Positions 50,444-63,656 of a DNA stretch of 64,000 bases are shown here, piece by piece. The DNA lies in contig CM059432.1 in the NCBI GenBank assembly GCA_030390025.1, positions 33,172,001-33,236,000 of the forward strand. Reading direction: 5' to 3'. The DNA comes from Squalus acanthias. Its lineage: Eukaryota. Position 1 is the first letter of the stretch; each line of letters opens with the position of its first letter. Both the position numbers and the translations under genes were made by a program. The notes beneath the pieces were generated by a model, which saw only the letters and a program-made list of their open reading frames with translations, was not told the origin of the DNA and ran no database searches.

Positions 50444-52187
50444 TGTAAGCGGTTTTGATCCTAGCCCAATTGCTAGACGGACGGTTCGAATCGCCCCCGC
50501 CTTACGAAAGTTCGATACCTGGGAATTATTATTCAGAGTGCAAATGAAATAAGTCACTGACAGGAATGCTTCGGTGAAAAAGCAAACTTATATTTATTTG
50601 GTCTAACATACACTGGCTAAAACATGCACTACTAAACGAAATCACTGTCTCTGTGGAGAATAAGATCCAGGTTACAAACAACATATATACAGTACACAAC
50701 TGGCGACTGTAACATGCAGTAATTCCCTTGTTGCTACGGTGGACTCTAACTCCACCCCTACCAACGAATTACCCAGTCGCATAAGCCCCTTCGCCTGGCT
50801 GAACCAAATGAAGCTTCCACCCCGGAATAGCCAAAAAAAACTTCACTTCTGAGAATACCCTGAGCCCTTACACCTCACCCAGCTCGCCTGGGATATCTGG
50901 TTACCGGCTTGGGACACTTGAGACCATGCTTACCACCACACACAGTCGGTCTCGATCGCTCCGCTCAGCTGTGGGAAGTCACTGCCTGGAGGCCATTCCC
51001 TGTGAGGGGTATGCGGTTCTCAGTCTCAGTGGCTTCTTCCTCTGGTACTTCTTGTTAGGTCGATCTTGGGAGAGAGAGAGAGAATGGTGGAAAAGGATCT
51101 ATCATTATAGGAGTCTTGCTACCCCTATCTTTCCCGCCAATCTTTAAAATCCTTTTGTTTCTAAGCACTACGGTGCTTAGTCAGTGATGGGCCATCATCA
51201 GACCCATGTGTATTCCGTGATTGGACTAATGGCTCTAAGTCTGGGACATATCTGAGGAAGGAGGTTCTTGCCATGGAAGGAGTTCAGCGAAGATTCACCA
51301 GGCTGATACCTGGGATGGCAGGAATGACGTATGAGGAGAGATTGGGTCGATTGGGCTTATACTCACTGGAGTTTAGAAGAATGAGAGGGGATCTCATTGA
51401 AACTTATAAAATTCTGACAGGACTGGACAGACTAGATGCAGGAAGGATGTTCCCGATGGTCGGGGAGTCCAGAACCAGGGGTCACAGTCTAAGGATAAGG
51501 GGTAAGCCATTTAGGACAGAAATGAGGAGGAATTTCTTCACCTAGAGAGTGGCGAACCTGTGGAATTCTCTACCACAGAAGGCAGTAGAGGCCAATTCAT
51601 TAAATATATTCAAGAAGGAGTTGGATATATTTCTTAAGGCTAAAGGTATCAAGGGATATGGGGAGAAAGCAGGGACAGGGTTCTGAATTTGGATGATCAG
51701 CCATGATCGCATTGAATGGCGGAGCAGGCTCGAGGGGCCGAATGGCCTACTCCTGCTCCTATCTTCTATGTTTCTATATCTCAGTCTTTGTGTTGGGAAA
51801 AACTGGCTCCTCTTCGGCTGGCTAGGCTAGTGGGTTCATTGTTCTGCTTCTCTTCTGAGATGGAGGTGAGAAGTGCTTTTGCATATTAGAGTGGCTTTCT
51901 AATAGGTTCAAGTTAACGGGTGCCTCAGGGTCCTCAGCCCCTTCGTCAATGGCCCATCCCCTTCCTTTTTCCAGGACTGTCGGGCGAACCCATACATTCT
52001 GGATGACTGACAGTTCTTTTGTCACAACCAACTGCCATGCGTTCTCTGGAGTTTTAACAAACCAGTTTTTCACGTATCTGCACAGGGTGATCCCATTACA
52101 GGGAAAATACCCTCAGAAAAATTCCATAAAGTCCACAAAATATTCTCGACCGAGTCCATTCTTCAAACAGACTTTGCGATCTCTTCA
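50444..52187 (-). mobile_element. Solo LTR (ERV- or Gypsy-like) with a nested CR1 fragment
   Basis: TG...CA termini, 4-bp TSD ATCC at 50440-50443 and 52188-52191; minus-strand CCAAT (~51220), CTATAA (~51108) and AATAAA (~50596). Inserted in an L2 tail. Confidence 0.85.
51243..51778 (+). mobile_element. Young CR1 3' fragment
   Basis: Open ORF 51273-51545 EGVQRRFTRLIPG..RRMRGDLIETYKIL; imperfect TSD tctaagtct / tctcagtct. Confidence 0.9.
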
Positions 52188-54125
52188 ATCCCAAGGCACT
52201 TCACAGAGGCATAAGGGGTAAAAAATGCTGAGCCAAAGGAAGAGATATTGGGAGGGGTGACCAAAAGCTTGTTCAAAGGGATCTCTTTTTCTCTTTGTGT
52301 GAGAGAGTGGTGGAGAAGCATAGGGGTTTAGGGAGAGAATTTCAAAGTGTGGACCCTAGGTATAGCTGCCAATGGTAAGGCAAAGGGATGGAAGTTGCAG
52401 AAGAGGCCAGAGTCAGAGGGGTGAATGGGTGGGGGACGATTACAAAGATAGAGAGGTGCAGTCCTGAAGGGATTTAAACATGTAGATGAGAATTTTAAAT
52501 TTGAACCGTGGGGGACCAGTAGCCAATGTAGTATAGTGAGGACTGTGGTGATGCGTGAATGGGACTTGGTGTGGGATAGGATATGAGCAGTAGAGTTTTA
52601 ACTAAGCTCAAGTTTCTAGAGGATGGGAGGCTGGCTAGAAGGGCATTTGAATAGTCAAGGTGGCAAAAGCATGGTTGAGGGTTGCAGCAGCTGATGGGTT
52701 GAGATAAAGGTGGAGACGGGCAATAATTAGAGGTGGAGGTAAGCAGTCTTTATGATGGAGAGGGTATGGGGTTGAAATTCAGTTCTACATCAATAGGAAT
52801 CCAAAGTTGCAAACAGTCTGGTCCAGGTCTGATACAGTGGCCAAGAAGGAGGATGGAATTAATGGCTTGGGTACACATTTTGTAGCGAGGGCCAAAGACG
52901 ATGTTTTTGGCCTTAGTAATATTTAGCTGCATGAAATTTTGGCTCATCCAAGACTGGATGTCAGACAAGCAGTCTGACAATAAATACTCTGTCCAGTTTT
53001 GGTCACTAAGGCGAAAGGGAAACATTGAAGCCCTGGAAACTGTACAGAGATCACTGGTGTCAGAGAACGGAACCATGAGCAATAACTTGGGCTCTTCAAC
53101 CTTGAAAGGAGGCGATTGTGAGGGAAGATTGTCCAGGTCTGTAAGAAAAATCTGGAGCACTACTCCAAGGTAAGCAATGCAAGTGAAACAAGGGGATATT
53201 CGGGACAGATGTCAGGAAGTTCTTTAGAATGGACTTGCACGCTAGGAGGCAGAAGTCTTGGAGTTGTTTAAGAGACAGTTTGATGCTGTCATTAGGGAAC
53301 TGTAGATTTTTCTAGATGAGCTAAGGATCGGTTTCCTCTATCCATACGATCTTTTGAGACATGGGGGAGCCCCGTGTGTATCTAATTTTATATCTCTAAA
53401 GAAACTATCACGTAGCAATGGACTGTTATTTTCTCAGAAATGGAGAGTAAATTTTAAAACGTGCTCATTTGCGTAATCGCTGCCGTGTCACCCAGCTCCT
53501 CCCCCGTCTTCACTTCCTTTCTCAAGTTGGAACACAAAATAAGCAAATTCATGACCTTTGAATAGTTATTTTTGCTCCTGTGAGATGGCTTTGTCATTTG
53601 TGGTTGAGTTATGTGGGTTACTAGAATCTGTTGTGGACAGAGTGACAGCATTTGGACAAATATGTGCTGATCAGAGAGAGCTAGCATGGATTTGTAAAGG
53701 GTTGGTCATATCTAACGAACCTAGTTATACATGTTTTGAGGAGGTAACTAACATGGTAGATATGGATGTTATTTATATGGACTCCAGAAGGCATTCGACA
53801 AGGTTCCACAAAAATGAGAGCTCATGGAATTGGAGGCAACCTTTTGGCTTGGATAGGGAGTTGGTTAAGTGGTAGGAGACAGAGTAGGGATAATGGTTAT
53901 GTACTCAAATTGGCAGGATGTGATTTGTGGTGTCAACCAGGGATCTGTACTGGGGCCTCAGCTTTTCACTATATTTATAAATGATTTAGATGAAGGAATA
54001 GAGGGCCGTATATCCAAGTCTGATGATGCCATCGAGTTAGGTGGCACAGCAAATAGTGTAGATGGGAGCAGAAAGTTGCATTCATAGAATAAGTGGGCAA
54101 AACTGTGACAGATGGAGTTCAATAG
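52188..54125. mobile_element. Old L2 (-, to ~52985) and CR1 (+, ~52985-53360 and 53620-54125) fragments
   Basis: LSDCLSDIQSWMSQNF (L2); GVNQGSVLGPQLFTIFINDLD (CR1). Confidence 0.75.
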
Positions 54126-54473
54126 AGCAAGACCAATAACAAAATGTTCTTCCACTTGCCATTTCACTTTCTCAGAGTTGATTCCCCAATTGGGCACTTC
54201 TGGCATCGAGCAATGTTCGTCAGGAGCGACCGTCTTAAACAGATACCTATAACCCTGACAGGCCATTTAAATTAATGGATGGAAAATTAGGTGCAGCAGG
54301 CCCATGCTGATTGTATTAATTTTGTAGAACTAAAATGGAAAGATAATTGGTCCAACCAAATTCTATACAATGGATGATAATAGGAAGGGTTTTGGTCCAT
54401 TGGAATTCTATACACTGGTAATGAATTGGTAGGGGTTTGGATCAGTTATGTATTTATCTGGAACTGACTCTAT

Positions 54474-54666
54474 GGAGTAGAAATTTGTCTTAGGTGCAAG
54501 CGCAAAGCTGGCGTTATTGAATCGTCCACCCGATATACGCCCCACCCGATATTCATTTCAATTGACTTCAATTGGACTGAATATCGGGCAGTGTGTATAA
54601 CAGAACAGGTGGCCGATTCGATAACGTCTGCTTTGCACTATCGCCTCTAAGATGAATTTCTATGCC
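54474..54666. mobile_element. Foldback MITE ~80 bp upstream of ALS2CL exon 3
   Basis: Imperfect self-complementarity along its length (gtagaaatt/aatttctat, cccgatattca/tgaatatcggg, central caattgacttcaattg). Confidence 0.75.
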
Positions 54667-54748
54667 AAGTTTTTTGTTTACCTCCCTAACTCTACTTTTT
54701 TTATGTACACATCAGTAACAACAGTATGTGTGTGCTTCCTTTCTTCAG

Positions 54749-54935
54749 AAACCTCTGATCAAAAGACCCGGCCACAGCTGAAAGAGGCTCTCCTAGTCTT
54801 GGAGGAGAGTTTGGAGGCTCTCTGCAATCAATCAGAAGAACACTGCTCTCATCTTGCAGATACGTTGACCACGTTGACCCGCAAGGAACTCTACCTGCTC
54901 AAAAACACACAATATCTCAAGGAAGTTTACATGCG
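54749..54935 (+). CDS. ALS2CL: ALS2CL coding exon 3
   Basis: ttcttcag|AA...ATGCG|gtaagt, phase 1 in and phase 2 out. Encodes (E)TSDQKTRPQLKEALLVLEESLEALCNQSEEHCSHLADTLTTLTRKELYLLKNTQYLKEVYM(R), a helical DH-like segment. Confidence 0.88.
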
Positions 54936-55049
54936 GTAAGTGAGTAAGCTAACGGGTCAGGTGCTCAGCAGTGATGCCTGGGCTGATGCAAATCATTGAA
55001 TGTTCAGCGTCAATGTGTGCGATGATCACAGATGAACTCTGAAATGCGA

Positions 55050-55250
55050 AGGTAGCCTGGTTGTACAGTACGGGACTAGCAACCTGGCGGTTGAGAGTTC
55101 AACTCCCACCATGGCAAGATTGAATTCAATAAATCTGGTAACTTGTGGGTTGGCACCAGAAGAATTGCCTTTCAGCGGAAGGGAAACTGCCATCTCTACC
55201 CAGTCTGTCCTGCATGTGACTTCGGTCCCAGATTACGTGCTTGACTCTTG
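55050..55250 (+). mobile_element. Degenerate tRNA-derived SINE (second family)
   Basis: B-box-like gagttcaactcccaccatggca followed by ttgaattcaataaatctgg and ggaagggaaactgcc. Confidence 0.55.
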
Positions 55251-56069
55251 GAGGCAGCGCTCACACCAACCGGGAGGCCTGAGGCTGGTCTCATCACCAT
55301 TTTACACATGAGCTGCCGGCTCCTTTCGTGCCTCCACAGGCGGCTCGCTTACTGAAGGTTATGAATGCCGGGCTAGTTGCCTTACCGGCAGTGACCCAAC
55401 AGTAAGTCCTGGGAGGGGCTTTGGTGTGGGCGCTGATCATGATGAGTGTGAAGTCGGTGGAACACTCCTGCTACTCTTGACTCTGCAGGAAGGTTTACTT
55501 TAAAGGAAGACTTGGCTTTCGTTGCCAGTCGCTGAAGAATCCTGAGGCCCAACACCTGCTCTGCTCATCGGGAACCAGTTTTCCAGAGGGGTCCTTCAAC
55601 AGGCGTTGGGCTCCTAATTAACGTGCAAGGCACTCAACGCCAGATTTAGGTGGCCACCAAGGACGAGAATGTTTCTCTCGTGGAGTGCGAAGGAGCCTCT
55701 CCGCTGTCTCTCTGTGCCATCGAAGGCACGAGCTGGACTGCTTCAGGTGGAAACACTATAAACCGTGTAATGGCTATCTATATGAAGAGGGGATTCGAAC
55801 TTAGTTCTTCAACCTATGAGATGTTTTGAAACTAGCCCAGCATAAAGGAATAAATGTCTTCACCACTCCTCTCTCACCACTTCGTTTACTCCTCTCACGC
55901 TTTGCCACTCTCGTCCCCTCTCCGATCCTCCTGTTCCTCCCTCTGATCCTCCAGCATCTTGCCTCTAACCTCTATTCTCTATTATTGTGTATATATTTAC
56001 TGTCTCAGATATTTCAGAATAGTTTTTCTTTCCCTTCAGTAATTGTTTATCTCTCTCTCTCTGTTTTAG

Positions 56070-56135
56070 GTACTTCACTGCGTTCACAAACTATGTTGTT
56101 CTCTGTGGCTTTGAACACATTGCAAAACAAACCAG
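56070..56135 (+). CDS. ALS2CL: ALS2CL coding exon 4
   Basis: ctgttttag|G...ACCAG|gtacga, 66 nt, phase 2/2. Encodes YFTAFTNYVVLCGFEHIAKQT, compare ALS2 YCTSITNFLVMGGFQLLAK. Confidence 0.9.
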
Positions 56136-56662
56136 GTACGAGTGCAGGGGAAAGCAACGAGTTTTAAATTTGACATGTCATTGAAAGAGCTGAGATGACT
56201 ACACAATTCGAGACATTGAACCTTATTTCACTTGTGAATTTTGTGCTTCTCAAGGTCAGGAATGTGAGTGATGGGGAATTGGACACTTCTCAGTAACAAT
56301 TAATTATAGATCAGGTACGACATGGGTTAGATACAAAGTGAAGCTCCCTCTACACTCTCCCAATCAAGCACTCCCAGGTCAGGTACAGCATTGGTTAGTA
56401 CAGAGTAAAGCTCCTTTCTCTGCTACGCCAGTGTGACTTTTTCCCATTTCCCACACCAGCCGGGTTGTAGCTTAGTGTCCAAATCTTTTGTCTTGGGCAG
56501 CTTATCTATGTACTGTGGAGCTCCACATGTTTTGCTTTAAGAATGGAGTTTTCCCTATTTGCTGCAGTAGCACAAACTCTACATTCATGCTGATATATTT
56601 TCAGGTTTGACACTGAAACATGCGGAGGGTTTAGTCCAGCCCTGGTGTTTTTGCTCTGAGTA

Positions 56663-57965
56663 CAATACAACAACAACTTGTATTTATATAACGCCTTTAA
56701 TGTAGTAAAACGTCCCAAAACGCTGCACAGGAGTCTTATAAGACAAATAATTTGACACCGAGCCACATAAGGAGAAATTAGGGCAGATGACCAAAAGCTT
56801 GGTCAAAGAGGGTAGGTTTTAAGGAGCGTCTTAAAGGAGGAAAAAGAGGTAAAGAGGCGGAGAGGTTTAGGGAGGGAATTCCAGAGCTTAGGGCCTAGGT
56901 AACAGAAGGCATAGCCACCAATGGTTGAACGATTATAATCAGGGATGCTCAAGAGGGCAGAATTAGAGGAGCGCAGATATCTCGGAGCGGGGGTGGGGGC
57001 TGTTGTAGGGCTGGAGGAGATTATAGAGATGGGGAGGGGCGAGGCCATGGAGGAATTTTGAAATTGAGGCGTTGCTTAACCGGGAGTCAATGTAGGTAAG
57101 CGAGCACAGGGGTGATGGGTGAATGGGACTTGGTGCGAGTTAGGACACGGGCAGCCGAGTTTTCAATGACCTCAAGTTTGCGTAGGGTAGAACATGGGAA
57201 GCCAGCCAGGAGTGCATTGGAATAGTCAAGTCTAGAGGTAACAAAGGCATAGATGTGGGTTTCAGTAGCAGATGAGCGGAACACGGGGCAATGTTACGGA
57301 GGTGGAAATAGACGGCCTTTGTTATGCTGCAGATATGTGGTCGGAAGCTCATTTCAGGGTCAAATATGACACCAAGCTGGCTTCAGCCTCAGACAGATGC
57401 TAAGGAGAGGGATGGAGTCAGTGGCTAGGGTTTGTGGCGGGGACCGAAAACACTGGCTTCGGTCTTCAAATATTTATTTGGAGAAAATTTCTGCTGATCC
57501 AGAACTGGATGTCGGATAAGCAGTCTGACAGTTTAGAGACAGTGGAGAGGTCGAGGGAAGTGGTGGTGAGGTAGAGCTGGGTGTCGTCAGCGTACACGTA
57601 GAAACTGACGCTGTGTTTTCGGATGATGTCGCCAAGGGGCAGCATGTAGATGAGAAATAGGAGGGGGCCAAGGATAGATCCTTGGGGGACACCAGAGGTA
57701 ACGATACGGGAGCAGAAAGAGAAGCCATTGCAGGTGATTCTCTGGCTACGATTAGCTAGATAAGAATGGAACCAGGCGAGTGCAGTCCCACCCAGCTGAC
57801 GACGGTGGTGAGGCATTGGAGGAGGATGGAGTGGTCAACCGTGTCAAAGGCTGCAGACAAGTCAAGAAGGACGAGGAGGGATAGTTTACTTTTGTCACAG
57901 TCACACACAATGTCATTTGTGACTTTGATGAGAGCCGTTTCGGTACTGTGGCAATGGCGGAAACC
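56663..57965 (-). mobile_element. L2 LINE 3' third (RT C-terminal part)
   Basis: SGVPQGSILGPLLFLIYMLPLG..YADDTQLY; AFVTSRLDYSNALL; (TTG)n tail. Further L2 pieces at 58150-58505 (+) and 58505-58930 (-). Confidence 0.92.
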
Positions 57966-59644
57966 TTGTTTATTTTTTAAATACTGTTCTGTTCTCTTTC
58001 ATTTCTAACAAAGGGTCCATATCCAAAAAAGTCTTGTTTATTGTCTCCACAGAAGCTGCCTGACCTGCTGAGTGTTTCCACCATTTTCTGTTTTTTGTTT
58101 CAGATTCGCAGCATCTGCAGTATTTTGCTTTTTGGTCAGACATAAATCCCGGTCCAACAGAGTCTCAAATTACATTTTCCTCCTTGTTTTCAAATCCTTC
58201 CATGGCCTTGACCTTCCCTATCTCTGTAACCTCCTCCAGACCTACAACCTTCTGAGAACTCTGCGTTCCTCCAATTTTGGCCTTTTGTGCATCCCCGATT
58301 TCCTTTGCTGCACCATTGGCAGCTGTCTAGGCCCCAAGCTCTGGAATTCTCTCTCTACACCTCCGCATTTCTATCTTTCTCTCCTCTTTTAAGATGCTCC
58401 TTAAAACCTACCTCTTTGACCAAGTTTTTAGTCACCTGTCCTAATATCTCATGTGGCAGTATCAAATTTTGTCTTATAACACTACTGTGAAGCGCCTTGG
58501 GACATCTTTGAATGAGCTGAAGTCTACGAAGGGTGGAGGACGTAAGGCCAGTTAGGAGAGCCTTGGCATAGTCAAGTCTTGCGGTAACCGAGACGGATAT
58601 GACCGTCTAGTGGATATAAGACTGGACTAATGAACTAGAGATGATTAGTGTGGGTCGGGAAGGCATTGGTGGAGCTGTTCTGGCTACAATTGGATAGGTA
58701 AGAGTGGAAACGAGCAAAAGCAATCCCACCACGCTGGACAATGGAGAGGAAGCGTTGGACGAGGACAATATGGTTGACTGGGTCAAAGGCCTGCAGAGAG
58801 GATGAGGAGGGATAATGCACCACGGTTACAGACACAAAATATTCTTTGACTATGGTTAGAGTCATATTGGTAAGCGATTCAAATGGAGTTGCAGGAGAGA
58901 TGGGTATGGATCTGGGAGGCGTCAACATGACAATTACTATAGTGCGGGAGTCAGCATCTTAAGGATAGAACTGTACCACAGTGAGTGAGTCAAGAGCTTC
59001 ACAATAGAAGGGTGGGCGGGGGGGAATTTATAAGAAGGGATAGTTGTGTATCGAAGGTTGATTTATGATTCCACAAACCCAACACTTCCTCTCCTTAGTT
59101 TCCTCTTTTACCCACATAATCAGTGTAAACCCAGGCAAACAAAGATGTGGCCAGCATTTAGTACAGTCAATGGAGCTGAAAATCAAACACCACTACTTTT
59201 ATATCACGACCTGGGACCTCAAAGCACCATCCCAATTCATATAGTTTTGAAGTTTTTTTCTGCACTTTATTGAGCTCTGCAAAAATTCAAAAGGAAAGTC
59301 ACACAACTTGTGTGATAAACAGGAACTGCACACAATTGGTTTGGCCAGTTCTTGAACCGGTACCTTGCTGCATAGACAGGAACTCCACAGAATTAGTATA
59401 ACAGTAAGGGCTAGATTATGATTCAGCGACCACGAAAATGACTGCAGATTGTGCCCCTCCCACTTTGGAATCAGGAGAGGGGAGAGCTGGCCATAGCAGG
59501 AGAGTCATGAGAGCTACGGGCAACTGTTACAGTAAATCGCTTGGTTAAGTGAAAGAAAGACCTTAAATTAATATAATGCTTCCTCAGGCCCTCAGTATGT
59601 TCTAAAGTGCTTTACAATCACTGAATTGCCTTTTGAATGAATCA

Positions 59645-59955
59645 ATACTAACAAGCTTCCACCATCTCCCATAGATTGATCATTCGCTCACTGAAATATT
59701 GTTTCTGCAGATGAATTATGAATTTACCCCCTTCAAGTGCAGGCTGTGTCCTCTGGTTCTGGACAAGGTGAAACAGCTTGTCATGGTCTACATTATCTAG
59801 TCCCTTTAGAACCTTAAAAACAGCAATCACATCACCCTGCAACCTTCTCTTTTCCAGTGAGAACATGCTCAATTTACATAATTGCTCCTCATAATCCAAT
59901 CCCTCAATCATTCTGGTTGCTCTCTTCTGTATCCTTTCAATAGCTGCAGCGACGA
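59645..59955 (-). mobile_element. CR1 3' fragment
   Basis: IERIQKRATRMIEGL..FSLEKRRLQGDVIAVFKVL. Confidence 0.8.
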
Positions 59956-60519
59956 GACCTGTATCCAAAAATAATGGTCTGGAAATTGCGGTCGGAGGCA
60001 TACCTCCGGAGTACTCTTCCAACCCGCGAAACAATTCTGAAAGTACCTCCAGGCACCACACCCAGGCTGCGAAAAGTTGCGGTCTCGAGGTGGAGGGCAG
60101 CGTAATGGCCCACGGATCCCAGGGACGCAGGCGGTGCGGAAGCGTACCTGGGATCACGTGGGCCCGGTCCTCCAATCAATAAGCAGAATGCCATTTCACA
60201 ATCATTTACGAAGGGAATCCCCACATGATATGTAATGGAATCCCGAAATGTAATCATTATACAATTCGCAGAATTGGAATTTTATTCATAATTACCTTCA
60301 TTCCACCAACCGCAATAGAAAATTACATTTTTTGATAATTTTATACATTAAAACTGTAATCTGGCCAATATTTGCATAAACTCATTTAAAAGTGTGTGCA
60401 TAATTTCGGATGAAAAATGTAGCATTCTGATTTTGATGGTAAATTTGGATTAACAAGTCATTGGAAAATCTGTAATCCTTAAATAACGTACTTCTTTTCC
60501 CTCCTCTAATCATATGCAG

Positions 60520-60685
60520 TGACTATTGGAAAAAGAATAAGAAAATTCTGAGAGGATTTCACCTCGATTCGGCCTCAAACATCTTGCTTTCTGTGAGCCT
60601 GCAACGGGTCTTCCATGAGCCCATACGCCTCCAAGTCCAGAAGTACATCGATGTCCTCAGGAAACTCAGCTGGGGCTTGACAAAG
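60520..60685 (+). CDS. ALS2CL: ALS2CL coding exon 5 (gene continues beyond window)
   Basis: catatgcag|T...ACAAAG|gtctgt, 166 nt. Encodes (S)DYWKKNKKILRGFHLDSASNILLSVSLQRVFHEPIRLQVQKYIDVLRKLSWGLTK, compare ALS2CL SEYWRGQRKALR...LHQPLAHHVQQY. Not present in the ORF track. Confidence 0.88.
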
Positions 60686-62016
60686 GTCTGTGCATCCTAG
60701 TGACTTTGATTAATAAGGGATATTACAGCACCTCAAACTGTATGTATTGAACTGCCACGGATAAACACAATAGTCCTGAAATTCCACAGGGGCTCTCATA
60801 GTTATGGCAGGACCACCAAAATACAGCGGAGATGTGGCATATCCTTTCTCTGGAGATTCCGTTGGTATTATAGAAGGATACCAGGAGAACCCCCGCAGAA
60901 TTTGAAGGTTGCAATGAACATGATTCTCATTGAATCCAGCCATTGGACCAATCCTTCCCCTTCACTGCTAATGGACTAAATGCTCTCTACTCCACCCTTA
61001 GAGTCCCCTTCATTATTATTTAATAGATTTTCAATGGACTGAACTCTCATTATCATTTCATAGAATTCCAATGGGCCAACCTCTTCCCTTCATTGATATA
61101 TAGAATCATTGAAATAAATCTTCCCCTTTGTTACTGCATAGAGACCCAATCGACTAAACCGCTTCCTGTTCATATAAGAAACAAGACTTTGTTGGAACAG
61201 GAAGAAGGCCGTTAGGTCATCTGCCCTAATTTCTCCTTATGTGGCTTAGTGCCAAATTTGTTGTCTTTTAATACTCCTGTGGGGAGCGCCTTTGGACGTT
61301 CTACTACGTTAAAGGCGCTATATAAATACTTGTTGTTGAAGTTCAACAAGCTCATCCCTTATTGACTGATTTTGGCTTTATCTGTGTCTTTTAATCAACG
61401 CCCTCTTATGAAGAAAAATTACCTTCCAGTAAACAGAATCGCCGTTGGTGACACTATTCACTCCTAAAAGCCACAACCGCAGTGCCGTTGAGTCTGATTG
61501 TATACTGACTCCGAGATCACATGCCCTCAGTTTATTAGTATTGGTTTGATGCATGGTTTAGCAGCATCTTTTAGAAGTTAAAGCATAGTTTTGTAGAAAG
61601 TGAGTTTGAGATTTCTTTTCTTGGCTTTGTTTAGTATGACATGCTAAAATTAGGGTTGGACTGTAGTACAAGGATATATGAACCAGCCATTCAACATATT
61701 ATCCAAGTGTAAGGTCACTCCTCCAGCTGTAGATATTGTCAAAAACAAATTGGGAAATAGTCTTGTTTCAGAAATTTGCATAAGAATTACATTATAAATT
61801 ATACAGTTAGTTCTTTCCAAGGAAGCTTATCCCAGCTCAGCTTCTGAATGTATCAGGAGATTAAATGCTGCTCAATTGAGTGATATTAACTTGGTTCTAA
61901 GTAGCTTTCGGCAAACAGAGCGAAACCCACCCGAGGATTGAAATCTCTCATCACTTAAGCATTGCACCTTCCATAGTATAACTACAATCAGTGTGAGGCA
62001 GACTTGATTAAGCTCT

Positions 62017-63656
62017 TGTAAGGGTTGCGTGTCTCAGACGGTGCTGGTGCAAGGTTAGGCCTTCGTTGCCTAATACTATTGCTTGCTCTGGTCTCCGGCC
62101 AGCCTTATTGCAATAAGCACCTGTGAGTGGTTCGACCCACTCGCCCTTACGGTTCTAACACTGGACTTAGGTGCAGGGAGCAGTAATGCAGAGAAAACTC
62201 AAATAGACCCGGTTGAATAGTACAAAATGGAAATCTTTATTGCATAGCGTCCAAAATCATGAAGTGCATGTCATAGGCGCAAATCAACGAGAGTACAAGT
62301 ATACATACATTCATAAAGCTTGGTCTATGGAAATGAAGAACACATGGCACATCGTAAAAAGGGGAACACATTATACTTTAACCTTAATAAAACCACCCTC
62401 CCTTAACAATACCTACACTACGTCTAGATTTGTAGGATCGGAAAACATGCTCACCACTCGTGTTACTTCGGAGAATTTTAAAGTGAGGCACTCAGCTCGT
62501 TTCGCTGCAGCGCCTGACTGTCACGTGTTTGGAAGGGTCTCTGTACCCCACTTGTTTATTTTCGCTGCTATGACAAGCAGGCCAGACTCTGTTGTCATGA
62601 AGAACTCGACGGACCTCGGACACAGTTCAAAGAAAAGTCTTCCTGTGCTCGATACAGGTTGTCGGTAGAATTCAATGAAAAGTTCTTTATTTATATTTTC
62701 GGGCGCGGTCGGGGTTTACTGACCGTGGCGACACGTGGATTCTTCTCCTTTTCTTCTCGTCTCGTCTCGTCTCTTCGGGCCTCCGGGTCCAGACACCGTT
62801 TACCGACACTCGGGATGGTGTACCCTGTTACTTGCCCTTGTCGGGGCGGCTCGTTCCGATTGAGCTCCCAACATTCGAATAACCGACCAGTACGGCTAAA
62901 AGTCAAGAGTCAACAAAGTCCAGAGAAACACAAAGTCCAGCTCTAAGGAAGAGCTTCAGCAAGCGATCGAGCGAGTCAAGAGAATAAGAGCCAGCCGGGA
63001 GAATAAGAGACCGATGGACATTTGTTCACTATAGTTATAGTGCTGTGTCCGCTTATCTCCCGCTCAAATCTTAATGTTTGTCCTTTGTGTAATATTGGCG
63101 CTCAAAACTCCCAGCATGGGGCGATTCTTCTCTTTAACGGGTTTCGGTAGCACCTGAAACTGGCCAACTATCCGTTAATGTTTTCCCCATTGTTGACCCA
63201 GCCAGGATGTGTATGAATCGTCTCCCTGACTGGTTTTGGGGCCCCCCAAATACTGACTTAATCACCCGTCAATGTCTCTCTCATTGTAGAGCCGGGGGGG
63301 TATTTGTGTATTGATGTGTCTGGATGGGCCTTCGATTGCCCAGTACAATGGTCCTTGCTATGCATAGGAAAACCGATTCCAGCACTTATATCTTTGCTAT
63401 TGTTCCAAATGCAAACGGGTTGCATCCTGTCTTTATCAGTGTTTACCGAGTATGATCCAATCTTATACTGAATGTTTATTTGACACCATCTTGTCTGCCC
63501 ACTGTGTTTCTGGAAGCTTCTGCCACGATGCGCAGCGGCCATTTTACAGGCTTCTGTGTCCTTTATTATCAGGACAGCATTTCGTTTAATAAAACTGATC
63601 AAACGAATCTGCTTCTCTTAAGTTATTTCGAATCGCGATAATTGCGAAACTTTACA
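62017..63656 (-). mobile_element. Solo LTR, 1640 bp (ERV- or Gypsy-like)
   Basis: tgtaag...tttaca termini, 4-bp TSD CTCT at 62013-62016 and 63657-63660; minus-strand CCAAT (~63096), CTATAA (~63038) and AATAAA (~62238) with a U-rich downstream tract. CpG-rich. Confidence 0.88.

Noticed and set aside
50483..50495. GGTTCGAATC B-box as part of a tRNA gene
   Set aside because: No cloverleaf or convincing A-box; it lies within an LTR. The SINE heads elsewhere are tRNA-derived but are not tRNA genes.
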